A stretch of DNA of 64,000 nucleotides from a virus, in the IMG/VR virus record IMGVR_UViG_3300032516_000005, one strand, 5' to 3'. This document shows positions 17,908 to 27,243 of the stretch, one piece after another (within the stretch, counting starts at the first letter, position 1; the number at the start of each line of letters is the position of its first letter). A model generated the notes under the pieces. It had not been told where the DNA came from and did not search any database. It saw only the letters and a program-made list of their open reading frames with translations. The position numbers and the translations under genes were made by a program.

Positions 17908-18162
17908 CTAGACCCGCGCCGCGGTCGCGGCGCTTTGGCTCACACGACGGGCGCGCCGTGCCGACAACCTGTCGGGACGGATCACGTGGCAGCCGTAGTA
18001 ACGCTCCAGTGCACGGATCTCGCGCTCGGTCATGTCACGCAGCGTTCGAAGCTTCGTGGCTTCGCGTAGCGCTGCAAACTCGTCGACGGTGCGCGCACGC
18101 GTCGCGGTAGCGCCCTTGTTGTAGCCCCAGGTCGGTCCCTCGGCAGTTTTCTTGTGCGCCAT
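17908..18162 (-). CDS. small basic hypothetical protein
   Basis: ORF divergent from palindrome 18187. Confidence 0.6.
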   Translation of the reverse strand: MAHKKTAEGPTWGYNKGATATRARTVDEFAALREATKLRTLRDMTEREIRALERYYGCHVIRPDRLSARRARRVSQSAATAARV

Positions 18163-18186
18163 CGTATGCGGGGGACGCTAACCCGC

Positions 18187-18202
18187 GATCGCTCCTGTGA
18201 TC
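18187..18202. promoter_or_regulatory. GATC-N8-GATC palindrome
   Basis: GATCGCTCCTGTGATC between divergent genes. Confidence 0.7.
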
Positions 18203-18232
18203 AAGTAGCGGTTTGGGTGTAGAATCAGCCCC

Positions 18233-18910
18233 ATGCTCACCATTGGATCCGAGACCATGGCCCTCGTCAGGCACCCTGAAACCGTTGTCGTGCAAGCTGG
18301 CGGCGGTTTCGTTCAGAACGTTCCGTGGAACGTGCCTGGATTCGGTGGCTACATGAGCGCGGACACGCAGTTGATGGGCGGCAACGACGCTCCCATGTTC
18401 GGTGCGGTCGGCTTGACGGAAAACGATAAGAAGCAGCTCGCGGAGCGGATCGTCTTCGCGCACTTCGTCCCTGACATCCAAGCGATCCTCGAAGTGGTCA
18501 CAGTCGCCGAACGTCAGGAAGTCGCTGCACGTGCGGTCGCGCTCGGCGCCAACGCGGGTCAAGTACGGCAGGCGCTCGCCAACATTGAGCAGGGTACAGG
18601 CGGTACAGGTACAGGTACAGGTACAGGCTTCAAGCTGTTCTCCACTCCGTTGCCGATGCCGGCGCGGATCATCTGGGGCGTTTTGAGCACCGCTTCGTTT
18701 GCCGTGAGCGTCTACCACGGCTACAAGCGCAACGACTCCATCGGCTGGGCGATCTGGTGGGGCTTCATGGGCGGTCTGTTCCCCGTCATCACGCCGACGA
18801 TCGCGTTCGCACAGGGCTTCGCGCAGCCAAAGCGGGAGCGTGCAGGCTTCGGCCGCGCGAAGCTGCGGGCGTATCGCGGCCGCGGTCGCAGCCGGCGGTA
18901 CGGAGCCTGA
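18233..18910 (+). CDS. membrane protein with (GT)n linker and basic tail
   Basis: TAGAAT 7 nt before ATG; two TMs; ends AGFGRAKLRAYRGRGRSRR. Confidence 0.8.
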   Translation: MLTIGSETMALVRHPETVVVQAGGGFVQNVPWNVPGFGGYMSADTQLMGGNDAPMFGAVGLTENDKKQLAERIVFAHFVPDIQAILEVVTVAERQEVAARAVALGANAGQVRQALANIEQGTGGTGTGTGTGFKLFSTPLPMPARIIWGVLSTASFAVSVYHGYKRNDSIGWAIWWGFMGGLFPVITPTIAFAQGFAQPKRERAGFGRAKLRAYRGRGRSRRYGA

Positions 18911-18912
18911 GC

Positions 18913-19845
18913 ATGGCGACGGCGTTCTGCTATCCGTCGTTCCATGCGACGTTCGCGCCGCTCGTCGGCGGCGCCGCCGATCAGCGCTTTCTGTTTTCGG
19001 GTTGCAGCGTCAATTTCGAAGGCAACATCCCGTGCGCGCCCGAGGCCATGCGTGCAAGCGCCGAGAGGCAGCTCCAAACGTCAGGTTTCTGGCCGGTCGG
19101 CAAGCCGCTCGATCTCGCGACGTACACGCTCGCGCGCAACATCCAGAGCGAGGTCGGTGGCGGAACGGTCGAGGAACGTGTCGCTATCGGTGAATCGACG
19201 GTCAACCAAGGCAAGCTGCGAGGCCTGTCGCCACGCGATGCTGCACTAGCTGTTGCATTGTTTCGTCAACCGAGTCGGTTGTACGGCGCGATCAATACGC
19301 CCAGTGGGGGCAGTCTCGGCACGGGCCGGTTTACGTCGACAAACGCCGACCCGAACATCTTGACGACGCTCCTAGCTGATCTCGTCATCACAGGCCAGAG
19401 CGGTAACTTCAGCCAAGGTGCCGTCGATCAGGACGGTCTCGAATTCCGATCGTCGTTCCCAATTCCGATGAATCGAATCTTGAGCGAAGCGCAGAGCGGC
19501 AAGTTCTGGGTCGGTCCCTTGCCTGGTGTCGACCATTGGCACACGACGCTGTTCAATAAGCTCAATGTCAGTGCAGCGTCGCCGCAAGGAATTTTGCTGA
19601 TCGAACGCGCACGACAGTTCTTTGGCGCGCCCATCTACACAGGCAACCGCGTCGCGGCGAGCATGCGTCCAGTCTGGGCGGCAAACTTACCGATCTGCAG
19701 CAGCGTTTCGAGCACCGCTCCGTCGGGCCGTAGCGACTTCGCGAACTTCCTGATCGGTATGGGCGCCGTTGGCGGGCTGATTGGCCTCGGTTGGCTGTCA
19801 CTGCGCGTCGCGAAGAATCTGGCACAAGGACCCGCCGGTCGATGA
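18913..19845 (+). CDS. cell-wall hydrolase (SleB/CwlJ Hydrolase_2-like) with C-terminal TM anchor
   Basis: TLARNIQSEVGG..VEERVAIG...VN motif with catalytic-type Glu. Confidence 0.7.
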   Translation: MATAFCYPSFHATFAPLVGGAADQRFLFSGCSVNFEGNIPCAPEAMRASAERQLQTSGFWPVGKPLDLATYTLARNIQSEVGGGTVEERVAIGESTVNQGKLRGLSPRDAALAVALFRQPSRLYGAINTPSGGSLGTGRFTSTNADPNILTTLLADLVITGQSGNFSQGAVDQDGLEFRSSFPIPMNRILSEAQSGKFWVGPLPGVDHWHTTLFNKLNVSAASPQGILLIERARQFFGAPIYTGNRVAASMRPVWAANLPICSSVSSTAPSGRSDFANFLIGMGAVGGLIGLGWLSLRVAKNLAQGPAGR

Positions 19846-20615
19846 ACGTTGTCGGTGAACGCATCCTGATCGTCGGCGACAGTCTGTCGCATCCAGGCCC
19901 CGACAAAGGCCCGTCGATCGTCGACATCACGACGCCGATCGGTGTGTCATCGGCGCCAGGCGAGCTGATCGCACGGCAGCTGCTTGCAGCCGGCGCACAG
20001 GCTGCGCGTGTCAACGCCAAGGTCGGACGCTCGGCGCGAAGCTTCCTATCGACCGAGAGCACGTTGCTCGCGCGCGATCAGATCGAGTTCCGGCCGACCA
20101 AAGTCATCGTCTGGCTCGGCACCAACGACATCGACGGCGGCCTCACGCCCGCAGCACTCGCCTCGACAGCCAACGCCATGGCGCAGATCCGCGATGCGTA
20201 TCGAGCGATGGGCGCTGAGGTCTTTGCGCTCGGCCCGCCAACGTACCCGAACGCGCGCTACAACAACGCCGCGCCGATCATGTTCGACGTGATCCAGGAC
20301 GTCTTCGGTGTTGATCATACATTCGACATCCGGCCATTCACGCCAGGCGCTGCCCGAACAGGTGACGGCATTCACTTCACGGCGGCGGGTGCAGCTGCCG
20401 TTGCACCAGGCATCGCACAAATGCTCGCGGCGCCGACAACCACCGTCAGCGAACAGTCGGGTATGTCCAACGGTGTGAAGTTCGTACTTGGTTTCGTAGC
20501 CGTCGCAGGTCTTGCAGGGCTCGGTTGGTTCACGCTGGGTATCGCAAAGCGCGCCGCGCAACGGCCAGGGCTGGCCGCTCGTGCACGACGACGCCAAGCG
20601 AATGCCTACACCTGA
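19842..20615 (+). CDS. SGNH/GDSL esterase with C-terminal TM anchor
   Basis: GDSLS, KVG, LGTND and DGIH blocks. Confidence 0.9.
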   Translation: MNVVGERILIVGDSLSHPGPDKGPSIVDITTPIGVSSAPGELIARQLLAAGAQAARVNAKVGRSARSFLSTESTLLARDQIEFRPTKVIVWLGTNDIDGGLTPAALASTANAMAQIRDAYRAMGAEVFALGPPTYPNARYNNAAPIMFDVIQDVFGVDHTFDIRPFTPGAARTGDGIHFTAAGAAAVAPGIAQMLAAPTTTVSEQSGMSNGVKFVLGFVAVAGLAGLGWFTLGIAKRAAQRPGLAARARRRQANAYT

Positions 20616-21910
20616 TGCGCATCGTCACCTTCAATATTTTCCATGACACGCCACCACTAGCGCAGCGCTTGGCCACCGCAGCAACGTGGCTGCGGCAACT
20701 CGCACCTGATGTCGTGCTGTTACAGGAGGTGCAGCCAACGACGACTGCGCACGACCTAGCACGGCAAAGTGGATTTCCACATGTCGAGATCGGCAAGCGC
20801 CGTTCGGATGCAGATGAAGGTCTCGCGATTCTTTCACGTACGCCACTGTCGGACGTGCGTGTCGTGCTGTTACCAGAAGCTGAAGATCCAACTTGGGATC
20901 GCGTTCTTTTGTCGGCAACGACCGTAATCGGCGACCAGCCAATCTATGTCCACACGACGCACTTGAACTTCGCACGTACGGCCAGTGCAGTGCGTATGCG
21001 GCAAGTCCAGGCGATTTTGAATGTCATCGGTGTAGGTGGCGCACACGTCATTGGCGGCGACTTCAACGCCGAACCACAATCGCCCGAGATCGCGCTACTT
21101 CGGGCTGCGGGCTTCGTGGATGTTGGGCCAGCTGCGCCTACGTGGGCGAGCAAAAATCCCAGCGTACCGCCGCAGGCCGCACGACTGAATCTGAACCCCG
21201 ATCGAAAAATTGATTATCTGTTCGTGCGCGGTGTCGAAGCACGACCGGGCAACATCGTCCTCGATACGCCCATCAATAACGTTTGGCCTTCCGATCACTT
21301 TGCAATTCTCGCTGACGTTACGGCGCCTGCGCCCAAGAAGACCGCCGGCAAGAACGTGCTGCGCGGTATCGGTGCTGTTGCAGGTTTCGTGGGTCTCAGC
21401 TGGCTTGCATTGCACGTCGCTAAGCGTGCCGCACAGGGTTCTCGCGCGTTCGGTACGTCGAGCAAATCTGTTCCGCGGCTAGACCTCGACGATGAACATT
21501 GGCGCGAACAAGACGCGCTCTACAGCAGCACCGTCGAGATGTTGATAGATGCAGAAGGTTACGATCGCGACGAAGCACGTGACTCTGCAGAACTGGTTGT
21601 ACGCGACGAATTTCCAAATGACATTGGGTGGCAGCCTCGTCGAGTACGGCGTGCAACCGCTGAACGTCTGTGGACGCCGCCTTCACGAAAACGGCGACGA
21701 AACAAAGGCCTCGGTGCGACCGACGTCAAGCTCATCAAGCGCGTCGCGCAGCTGATCTCGTACGATGTCTCGAAGCAGGACATCCGTGAACAGCTCATTG
21801 CTGAAGGTTATGACGACGATGACATCTTCCAGGCGCACCAGGCCGCGAAGGTCTACCTGCGGCGCCGTGAGTTGCCTGACTCGAATTTCGGCGCGTTGGT
21901 CGACGATTAA
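20615..21910 (+). CDS. endonuclease/exonuclease/phosphatase (EEP) family enzyme with TM and two extra C-terminal modules
   Basis: TFNI, LLQEV, GGDFN, KIDY and SDH motifs. Confidence 0.9.
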   Translation: MRIVTFNIFHDTPPLAQRLATAATWLRQLAPDVVLLQEVQPTTTAHDLARQSGFPHVEIGKRRSDADEGLAILSRTPLSDVRVVLLPEAEDPTWDRVLLSATTVIGDQPIYVHTTHLNFARTASAVRMRQVQAILNVIGVGGAHVIGGDFNAEPQSPEIALLRAAGFVDVGPAAPTWASKNPSVPPQAARLNLNPDRKIDYLFVRGVEARPGNIVLDTPINNVWPSDHFAILADVTAPAPKKTAGKNVLRGIGAVAGFVGLSWLALHVAKRAAQGSRAFGTSSKSVPRLDLDDEHWREQDALYSSTVEMLIDAEGYDRDEARDSAELVVRDEFPNDIGWQPRRVRRATAERLWTPPSRKRRRNKGLGATDVKLIKRVAQLISYDVSKQDIREQLIAEGYDDDDIFQAHQAAKVYLRRRELPDSNFGALVDD

Positions 21911-22270
21911 CCCAACGCTGCTTTGCACTGGTCGCAGATCTTGAGTGCGCGCCGGCCGGCACCATTGAAGTCACTGAAGCTCATGACAGGCCGACCCGTT
22001 AGCGCATAGTCCGGGATCTGCACGACACCGTCAGCTGCATCCATCTGCGCGCCGCAAATCGTCACTACTTCCACGTGCAACCGGACGCGTCCGGTCCAGC
22101 GGATGATGCACAACTTCGCGGGCAGCTCGATTGCAGCTAGCATGATGCTCTCGACTATACACGGACTCCGCACCGTTGAGCTGCATCTCGATGACGAGAA
22201 GCTCCAGCGTTTCGCAGTCGATCGCAGGAGCGATCGTATGAAATTCAGCCCCCACGGGGCGCGGAAACTA

Positions 22271-22900
22271 TCAGGTCTCGCCGGGATCGACAACCGGCTT
22301 GGCGCGGAGTCGTTTACGCATCAGGTCGACGATCGGGTCAACTCGATGCCAGCCCGTAACGGACACGATGTCGAGCACGAGCTTGTCCTGCCAGCGATTG
22401 TCTTCGAGCAGCGGCGCCCAGGTCTGCGCCCGTTCGCTCCATTCACGTGCAGGGACGTTCCATGGGCGGTCGCTTTGGTCCTGGTAGTGGTAGTCGGTCA
22501 ACGCCTTGTGGCGGCGCATGAACGTCAACGAGCTGTTCAACAGCCCGGTGCCCGGATACGGAATCAGCAGGAACTTGCGGCGGTTCGCTCGCCGGATGAC
22601 GACAGCCACGTCGAGGTCCCAGACGCCACCATCCGTCTGGTTGACCTGCGCGCGGTACTTGTCTTGGACGAAGCGGCTCGCCCGGAGATAATCGAAGCCC
22701 TCTTCAATAGCCGGCGCGAGCGGTCCCGTGAGTAGCTCACGCTTTTCCGGGTCGCGTTTTGCGTCTTCGATCAACGCGTCGTAGAGCTTGATCAAGCTCC
22801 GTTTGGCGTTCCGCTCAGCCCGCATGCGAATGTCACGCAGGGCATCCCACAGGTCGTAGCCTTCGCGGACGCGGTACGCCTCGTAGATCTTGGTGCTCAT
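22271..22900 (-). CDS. hypothetical phage protein
   Basis: MSTKIYEAYR start, ATGA coupling. Confidence 0.75.
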   Translation of the reverse strand: MSTKIYEAYRVREGYDLWDALRDIRMRAERNAKRSLIKLYDALIEDAKRDPEKRELLTGPLAPAIEEGFDYLRASRFVQDKYRAQVNQTDGGVWDLDVAVVIRRANRRKFLLIPYPGTGLLNSSLTFMRRHKALTDYHYQDQSDRPWNVPAREWSERAQTWAPLLEDNRWQDKLVLDIVSVTGWHRVDPIVDLMRKRLRAKPVVDPGET

Positions 22901-23289
22901 TCCGCGCGACTTTCCAGCTGCCACGGTTCTGCGTTGGTCACACCGACGATCTCGGCAGCCTTGAGATAGCCACGCGCTGTCGGGTTGACGATCAACGGTG
23001 CGCTCGCGCCCTGGTTCAGGAGTATTGCCGACACGACGTTGCAGACCCACTCGATCTCAGCGTGGAAGCAAACGTGCCGCCAGTAACGTTCAGGTTCGAG
23101 CACCCGACCGGCAAGCACGAGCTTGGCAGCAGCGTCGAGGCGCTGAGTCAGCTCGAACGGCGACTTGCCACGGCAGGCCTCGAAGCCTGCGATCGCGCCC
23201 TCGCGCTTGAGGTCGTTGTCCTTGTAGGATTCCGACGCAGCAACGATGCCGTCGTCGATCACGCGCGTGAGAAATTCATCGTAGGTCAT
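22897..23289 (-). CDS. hypothetical phage protein
   Basis: ATGA coupling. Confidence 0.75.
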   Translation of the reverse strand: MTYDEFLTRVIDDGIVAASESYKDNDLKREGAIAGFEACRGKSPFELTQRLDAAAKLVLAGRVLEPERYWRHVCFHAEIEWVCNVVSAILLNQGASAPLIVNPTARGYLKAAEIVGVTNAEPWQLESRAE

Positions 23290-23636
23290 GGGTTCCTGAT
23301 GTCCTCGGGGTCGTTGAACTTCGTGGGCTTGTCGGGACGTTCGGGCTCGACGATGCGACAGTCGCAGACGGTCCACGAATCGAGCTTTCCGTCGGCCAAG
23401 CGCACGATCAAATCATTGCCGCTGATCGCGAGCACGACACCGCGCGCCTTGTCGTCGATGTCTTCTTCGACGGTCAGGCCGACGAGGCCTGTGTCACGTA
23501 CGGCGTTGAGCGCGTCACGAACGCGTACGAGCACGTTGCGTGACTTGCTCTTGCACATGCCGATACCGTCATCGACGAGCATGTAGTAGCCGTCGTAGTC
23601 GTCGCTTTCGATCGTGAGCGCTCGACGTAAGCTCAC
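23286..23636 (-). CDS. hypothetical protein
   Basis: Coupled ORF. Confidence 0.7.
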   Translation of the reverse strand: MSLRRALTIESDDYDGYYMLVDDGIGMCKSKSRNVLVRVRDALNAVRDTGLVGLTVEEDIDDKARGVVLAISGNDLIVRLADGKLDSWTVCDCRIVEPERPDKPTKFNDPEDIRNP

Positions 23637-24022
23637 GTCCGTTGCCGTTTCTTGGCTGGAGCCTTCGCGCGCTTCGTACGCTGCACGGGGATCGTGTCCT
23701 CGAAGTGTTCGTGTTGCTCGCCGTCGATCTCAGGCACCGGCAATGAACCGTTCATCACACGCAGCCGCACGCCGATGTTGTTCCCGACGCCCAGTTGGTT
23801 GTGGATCCAACCCGCGCATGGAATCTCAGTACCTGGCCCCTGCGAGTAATGGCAAGCCATCGTGTGCGGATTGTTGATGGAACACATCCCGGTCGCGATG
23901 GTCTTGTCGAGCTTCTTGTGTAGCTCCACGCTGTAGCCGTTGGGAATGTCTGTGAGCGGGTCACAGTCGACGCGCCATGGGCACGTCTTGCACTGCTTGA
24001 GCGTTTCTCGCGCGGCGCTCAC
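23633..24022 (-). CDS. DUF6283-like Cys/His protein
   Basis: CKTCPWR...MACH...CAGW. Confidence 0.75.
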   Translation of the reverse strand: MSAARETLKQCKTCPWRVDCDPLTDIPNGYSVELHKKLDKTIATGMCSINNPHTMACHYSQGPGTEIPCAGWIHNQLGVGNNIGVRLRVMNGSLPVPEIDGEQHEHFEDTIPVQRTKRAKAPAKKRQRT

Positions 24023-24903
24023 TTGAAACCCTTTTCCCATGTCGGCAGCAACATGTTCGCAGGCGGTGTCGTGACGCCGCTGTCGTCGCCAGCAGCGTCA
24101 GACTTGTGCCCGGTGACCGCTGCGATCTGGCCCGGCCTCGCGCCGGCACGTTTGGCCCACGCCAGGAACGTCTCGCGGAACACGTGTGGCCGCAGGTCCT
24201 CGAAGTCGGCTTTCCAGGCACGTTCACGCAGCGCCCGATAGAGCCCGTCAGGGGTCAGTTGCTTGCCGATCGCAGCAGACGCGCGTCCAACACGCTGCCG
24301 ACCGAGCGACCGGAACAGCCGCCCGTTCGTGACATCGTGCTCGGCGAGCCAGTCGATCCAGGCGCGGAGCGCTTGATGCGTGACGTCGTCGAGCAGAACA
24401 GCATGACGCTCCCCGCCCTTCTTCTCGAATGTCATGGAGCCGGCAGCTGTGACGCTCTCGATCTTGAGCTTGCACATCGAGAACCGCAGCATGCCCGTAC
24501 GCAACCCGAGCGTGATGAGCGCGAGATCACGTAGATCGCGGCCGCGCTCGCCTTCACAGACCGCCACGAGCCTGCAGCCTTCATCCCAGTTGAGCGCGCG
24601 CTCGGCGGCGCTGGCGACGGCCTTGGCAGTCTTGGCCCGGATCGGCAGCCGCTTGACGTCGTCGGTGAAGAACTTCAGGTTGGCTTGTTGTGCCGCGAAT
24701 CGCAGTGCGTTGAGTGCGACGTTCACGCTCTGGGGCTTGATACGCCTCGCGCGCATGTCATCGCGCCAGTGGATCACCAACTGGGACGTCCATTTCCGTT
24801 TCTTGGCGAACGTGAGGAACGCGCGAACGTGCTGGAGATAGAGTTCCTTGGTACGTGGGCGAAGGTCTTTGTTCTGAACGACAGCAGTTTCGAGTTTGGT
24901 CAT
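24019..24903 (-). CDS. tyrosine recombinase family protein (catalytic Tyr apparently missing)
   Basis: RDLALITLGLRTGMLR, HVFR, TGHKS; no Tyr after GH. Confidence 0.85.
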   Translation of the reverse strand: MTKLETAVVQNKDLRPRTKELYLQHVRAFLTFAKKRKWTSQLVIHWRDDMRARRIKPQSVNVALNALRFAAQQANLKFFTDDVKRLPIRAKTAKAVASAAERALNWDEGCRLVAVCEGERGRDLRDLALITLGLRTGMLRFSMCKLKIESVTAAGSMTFEKKGGERHAVLLDDVTHQALRAWIDWLAEHDVTNGRLFRSLGRQRVGRASAAIGKQLTPDGLYRALRERAWKADFEDLRPHVFRETFLAWAKRAGARPGQIAAVTGHKSDAAGDDSGVTTPPANMLLPTWEKGFK

Positions 24904-25322
24904 GGTTTCTTCTTCACGTTGCGATTCTTGGTTCGGCGATGGGCGTTGAGCGTGCGCAGGTCAACGCGTTTGCCTGCAGCCGGCAAAGGGACGTCACAGG
25001 ATCGCAAGTGAGCTGTCACGGATCGGCGTCGAAGGTCCGAGAACCGACCGCATCGCGGGCACACCCACTTCCGGGTCTTGCGGTTGAACAGCAACGCCTT
25101 GGAAGTAGCAGTCTCGGGGACGGGCTCTGCGTCAGGCACGTCAGGCACGTCGGGCGTGTCAGGCACGTCAGGCACGTCACCAGGTTCGACATACGCGAGT
25201 CCCCAGTGCGCTAGGAGCGATTGGGTCAGCACCACAGCGATCTCCTGTGAGAGCGCTGCTACGTGTTTCTGAACGATGCCGCGGATGCGCGCATCTTGTG
25301 ACAGACGTTTGAGGTCGAGCAT
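24900..25322 (-). CDS. zinc-finger protein with PDV repeats
   Basis: CPRC...H...C; (PDV)n linker. Confidence 0.7.
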   Translation of the reverse strand: MLDLKRLSQDARIRGIVQKHVAALSQEIAVVLTQSLLAHWGLAYVEPGDVPDVPDTPDVPDVPDAEPVPETATSKALLFNRKTRKWVCPRCGRFSDLRRRSVTAHLRSCDVPLPAAGKRVDLRTLNAHRRTKNRNVKKKP

Positions 25323-25403
25323 GAAGATTCTTTACTACTTGTCAAGAGTGTGGTGCCCATTTACCTGCAAGTCAAGAGCTTGATGCCAACCTCGTTCGCA
25401 GCT

Positions 25404-26189
25404 TCACGCATCTCCCACGAGCCGCCGCCGGTCGACGTGGGCAGGTACGAACCGGCCATCGCAGAGCACGACCCCGCCGCGCCTGTAGATGCCATCGCAG
25501 ATCGAGTAGTCCTCACCGCGCGCGTTGCGTGGCCGTCCGCTGTAGTCGTGCTCCATCTCGAACCACGGCCCCTTGGGCCAGTGCCGGCGCAGCCAGCCGC
25601 AGTTGACCGCGATGCACGCGCCGCCGATCCGGCCTACGGCCTGGACTTTTCCAGCTAGCGATCCGAACGACGCTTGACGGCCCGCGCGGTAGTGTCCGTC
25701 GGCGTCGATCTCCAGCCTCTGAACACAGACGCCTGCGTCGCCGACGCCACGGCCGTGTACGGGCGCGCCAATCAGCGCGATGCCGTTGTGTCCGGCCGTC
25801 AGCGTCGTCGATAGCATTGGCATCTCAATGTCACGCAGCTCGCCGTCGACGGCGTACTGGCCACGGTCCGCGTCGCGGATCATCTGGATGATGTCGACGC
25901 CGGCATCACCGACCGCGTCGCAGACACCGTTGTCGCCCGTCGACCGATGGAACGTGTCGGCGTCGATCATGAACACCCAGTCGCAGCTGGCTTGCATGGC
26001 GTCCCATACAGCGGTATTCCGACACAAGTCGATACCGTTGATGTGGTACTCGGCCATCCATTGCAATTTCACTTTGTCTTGTGCAATCGCAAGAGCTGCA
26101 CCAACGCCTACCCACATCGCGGCGTGCCCAACATCGAGCGTGCCGCCATAGGCAGGCAAAGCGATTCCGAGCTTCAGTGGTTCACTCAT
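25404..26189 (-). CDS. GT-A fold glycosyltransferase-like protein
   Basis: IALPAY, RN, VFMIDAD (DxD), GED motifs. Confidence 0.8.
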   Translation of the reverse strand: MSEPLKLGIALPAYGGTLDVGHAAMWVGVGAALAIAQDKVKLQWMAEYHINGIDLCRNTAVWDAMQASCDWVFMIDADTFHRSTGDNGVCDAVGDAGVDIIQMIRDADRGQYAVDGELRDIEMPMLSTTLTAGHNGIALIGAPVHGRGVGDAGVCVQRLEIDADGHYRAGRQASFGSLAGKVQAVGRIGGACIAVNCGWLRRHWPKGPWFEMEHDYSGRPRNARGEDYSICDGIYRRGGVVLCDGRFVPAHVDRRRLVGDA

Positions 26190-26833
26190 CGCTGTTTCCT
26201 TTGAACGGTGATAGACGGTGTTGCGACAGCACGTTCCGGCGTCCAGCCAAGTTTCGTAAGACGTGAGTGTAATGTTGTCATCGACAATCCCACGCGACGT
26301 GCCCATTCAGAAATTGGCAGCGTCAATCCGTCAACGGTGACGCACCGAACCTTACGACTGTTGTGCGCCTGCTCCTTGCGTGTCGCCCACCGAACGTTAC
26401 CCGGTTCGTAGTGGCCGTCGTTGTCAGGGTAACGATCGAGCGAATGTTGTTCGGATGGCCGTTGCCCCACATCGACGAGGAATGCAGCAAAGGATTTTTG
26501 CCAGTTGGCACATACTTTGATACCGCGTCCCCCATAGTTGTGAAAACCTGCCAATTTCGCATTCGTACAACGTTGGATCATAGCAATCCAAGCGCGGTAC
26601 TCCGGTGACCCGTAGCCATCGTGCTTACGTGCACGCTCACGTGCACCCTCGCGTTTTACGCAGCCGCAAGACGTAGTATTGCCACTGCGAAGATGTGATA
26701 CGGGAATGTAAACGACGGTCGCAGCGGTGCATGTACAGCGACAACGCCAAATGCGGTGACCGTTTTGCTTGCCGTCTCGCTGTTCGACGATGAGTCGCCC
26801 AAACATTTGGCCAGTCAAGTCAAGCGCTTTCAC
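26186..26833 (-). CDS. HNH-type homing endonuclease
   Basis: DLTGQMFGRL, WRCRC, SCGC, YGGRGI, SLDR..NDGHYEPGNVRWAT. Confidence 0.9.
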   Translation of the reverse strand: MKALDLTGQMFGRLIVEQRDGKQNGHRIWRCRCTCTAATVVYIPVSHLRSGNTTSCGCVKREGARERARKHDGYGSPEYRAWIAMIQRCTNAKLAGFHNYGGRGIKVCANWQKSFAAFLVDVGQRPSEQHSLDRYPDNDGHYEPGNVRWATRKEQAHNSRKVRCVTVDGLTLPISEWARRVGLSMTTLHSRLTKLGWTPERAVATPSITVQRKQR

Positions 26834-27243
26834 GGGACGATGCCCCTTCGAATTGCAACGGCGACGACGCCCGCGCGGCTGCCTTGCTTGAGTTTCTTCA
26901 TGACGCTGTGAATATGGAACTTCGCGGTGTGATGCGAGATGTCGAGCTTGTCGGCGATGAGCTTGTTCGAGAGCCCTTCAGCCAGCAACGCTACGACGTC
27001 GACCTCGCGCGGTGTCAGCTCATGGAAGTTGGTGCCGTGTACGTCGAACACACCGTCGCCGACGAAGACGTCGCCGCACCAGCAGCACGCTAGGTCGCTC
27101 GTCGCCGCGCCGTGCAGGCAGTGATTCGGATAGCTGCCTTCGCCTTCGGGGCACGCACCGCAGAACTTCTCGCTGTGCATCGACGCGTAGTCGTTCGGCG
27201 TGTCAAACCCGCGCGGGTTGTCGAGCTTCTTCTGGTCCAGCAT
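26830..27243 (-). CDS. LuxR-type HTH regulator with Cys-rich N-terminus
   Basis: LTPREVDVVALLAEGLSNKLIADKLDISHHTAKFH. Confidence 0.85.
   Translation of the reverse strand: MLDQKKLDNPRGFDTPNDYASMHSEKFCGACPEGEGSYPNHCLHGAATSDLACCWCGDVFVGDGVFDVHGTNFHELTPREVDVVALLAEGLSNKLIADKLDISHHTAKFHIHSVMKKLKQGSRAGVVAVAIRRGIVP

Noticed and set aside
17636-18110. ORFs with WESA, GNRP or GIGL repeats, and a possible CRISPR array
   Set aside because: They are readings of a spacer-less 12-bp tandem repeat with no synonymous variation, and no cas genes are present
21907-22293. Small gene between the EEP gene and the early block
   Set aside because: Several overlapping weak ORFs; frame and start could not be resolved
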